Shown: one piece after another, positions 62,591-64,000 of the stretch
Numbering within the stretch: the stretch's first letter is position 1
Layout: every line of letters begins with the position of its first letter
Assembly (NCBI GenBank): GCA_973895155.1
Contig: OZ316894.1
Location: forward strand, 7,030,234-7,094,233
DNA length: 64,000 bases
From: Marsupella aquatica
Taxonomy: Eukaryota; Plantae; Marchantiophyta
Direction: 5' to 3'
Notes under the pieces: model-generated
Database searches by the model: none
What the model was told of the DNA's origin: nothing
Seen by the model: only the letters and a program-made list of their open reading frames with translations
Position numbers and translations under genes: made by a program

Positions 62591-64000
62591 CGTCCGTGCC
62601 AAAAGTCCTTTGGTGCAATATGCGACTGCACCCTTCAAGAATAGTTTGCACCCTTTGAGAACCCTTTGAGAATCATCAAGGACCATTCTAAAATTGTTGG
62701 CGCCCAGTTGACCCACGGGAGCTTGTCGAACCCCATACAAACCTACTCTAGATAACCTGCTCTAACCCATGGGTTACCCCACCTTAAACCCCTCCGGCCC
62801 ACAGTCCCACACACACTAAAACCCTGCAGTAACTCCAATCGATTAGCATTATGTTTTGTCGCCATGAACTTCTCCGTTGAAGTATGAAGTTCTCCATGAT
62901 TGAACAGCCCCACCAAAGGGCTCTCGACTGAACGAGCTCCCTTTCTGATCCAGCCCTTTCTGATCCAGCCCTGTACTGTGTGAGAAATCCATCACCGGGT
63001 CTGCAAGACGGAAAGGAACTCACTGCAGAAGCTCGATCGAGGGTGCGATAATCAGTCAGCGGCGAGGAAGTTTTGATCATTCTCTTGCCGTGCCACCTCG
63101 GTTGCAGAAGAACGACGCTGAATCTGAAACTGAAAAGATCAGTGCATTGATTGTGCTCTATCGCCTCGCCAGCACTTCCAGAGACGGTGGTCGACCAGAC
63201 GTGGCTCGGATGGGAAGGCAGCAGATCGCCCCTGCGGCTGCCGCTGCTGCTTTCAGAAGCGTGCGCCGCGTCTTTGCGGGTATGGACGCGCGGTTCTCCT
63301 GCTCCTCTGCTGCTGCGCGCTCTGTGTCTATGCCCAAGTCGTCTCCCCGCTGTCGACTGGATCGGAAACATTTACTTGATAACTGGATAAGAACGAAATT
63401 CTGATTTGGCTTCATAGGACTTAATGAGTGCGAATGCCAGCGTGTGTGTCTGGTTTGCTCCCCTCGCCTGGTCTTCTCTACTCTAGGTGGAATTCAGCAG
63501 GCATTTTCTTGATAGTATGAACCCTTAGGTCTTTCGTGAGATGATCAGTTTTACAAAGTCAGGAGAAATTGAGCTTGGGTGAGTTTTCCGGGATTTGGGT
63601 GGTTGAATGTTTAGATTGGTGACAATTCCAGATCTGACAGAGTTTGTCTAGATTTGGCTTCGTTTGAGCCGTAGGCCATTTATGATAGTCCTTGTTTTCG
63701 CTACTTTGGTTTTTAGGTCTCTGGTTAGCAGCCCGGGTTTTTATACGTCGATTATTTGGCTCTTTCAGTTAGGTCAATAGAAGGTTTGTAGGACATTCGC
63801 ATAATCCACGATAAAAGATTCACCAGGTGAGGCTTACACTAACTTGAAAACTTGGAATTGGGAACAGGTTCTTCTTTGAATGAGCGAGGCCTACAGTATG
63901 GTAGTCCTCTCGTGACTGTGGAGAATGGTTTCTGCAAGGGTGTGAAGGAATTGGGCGTTGCAAGGTATCCGAATGGCAACCTCTGTAGAGCAAACAATAG

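Noticed and set aside
62784-63415. ORFs in the GC-rich patch after the copia element
   Set aside because: Overlapping frames on both strands with no recognisable domain. Possibly the promoter or 5' UTR of a gene beyond the window, but unsupported here.

Overview
Eukaryotic, intron-rich nuclear DNA from a land plant; a bryophyte or other non-seed plant is my inference, not shown. Genes were assembled by hand from GT-AG junctions and protein motifs. They are: (1) the 3' part of a Pro/Ser/Thr-rich gene with 4 x 27-aa repeats (+, 57-1950); (2) an NPF/NRT1-PTR transporter (-, 3088-~10530); (3) a gamma-glutamyl hydrolase (-, 16203-21013); (4) a DUF1749/UPF0613 alpha/beta hydrolase (-, 27744-31904); (5) a two-domain D-Ala-D-Ala ligase (DDL; -, 36333-45743); (6) a dUTPase (-, 46139-47494); (7) a plastid-targeted PurH (+, 49631-54080). 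Mobile DNA includes a full-length but disabled Ty1/copia element (56537-62590, TSD CGTCC), a non-autonomous Mutator-like element (13902-14884, 9-bp TSD), LINE and LTR relics, and several 80-150 bp tandem repeats. Top observation: DDL has no start codon of its own. A phase-0 GTAAGT donor in the last dUTPase exon joins it in frame, predicting a dUTPase-DDL fusion, while intron retention would give a free dUTPase. The dUTPase upstream region also carries a 34/35-identical antisense copy of its own exon 2, and the dUTPase has Val in place of the motif-V Phe.
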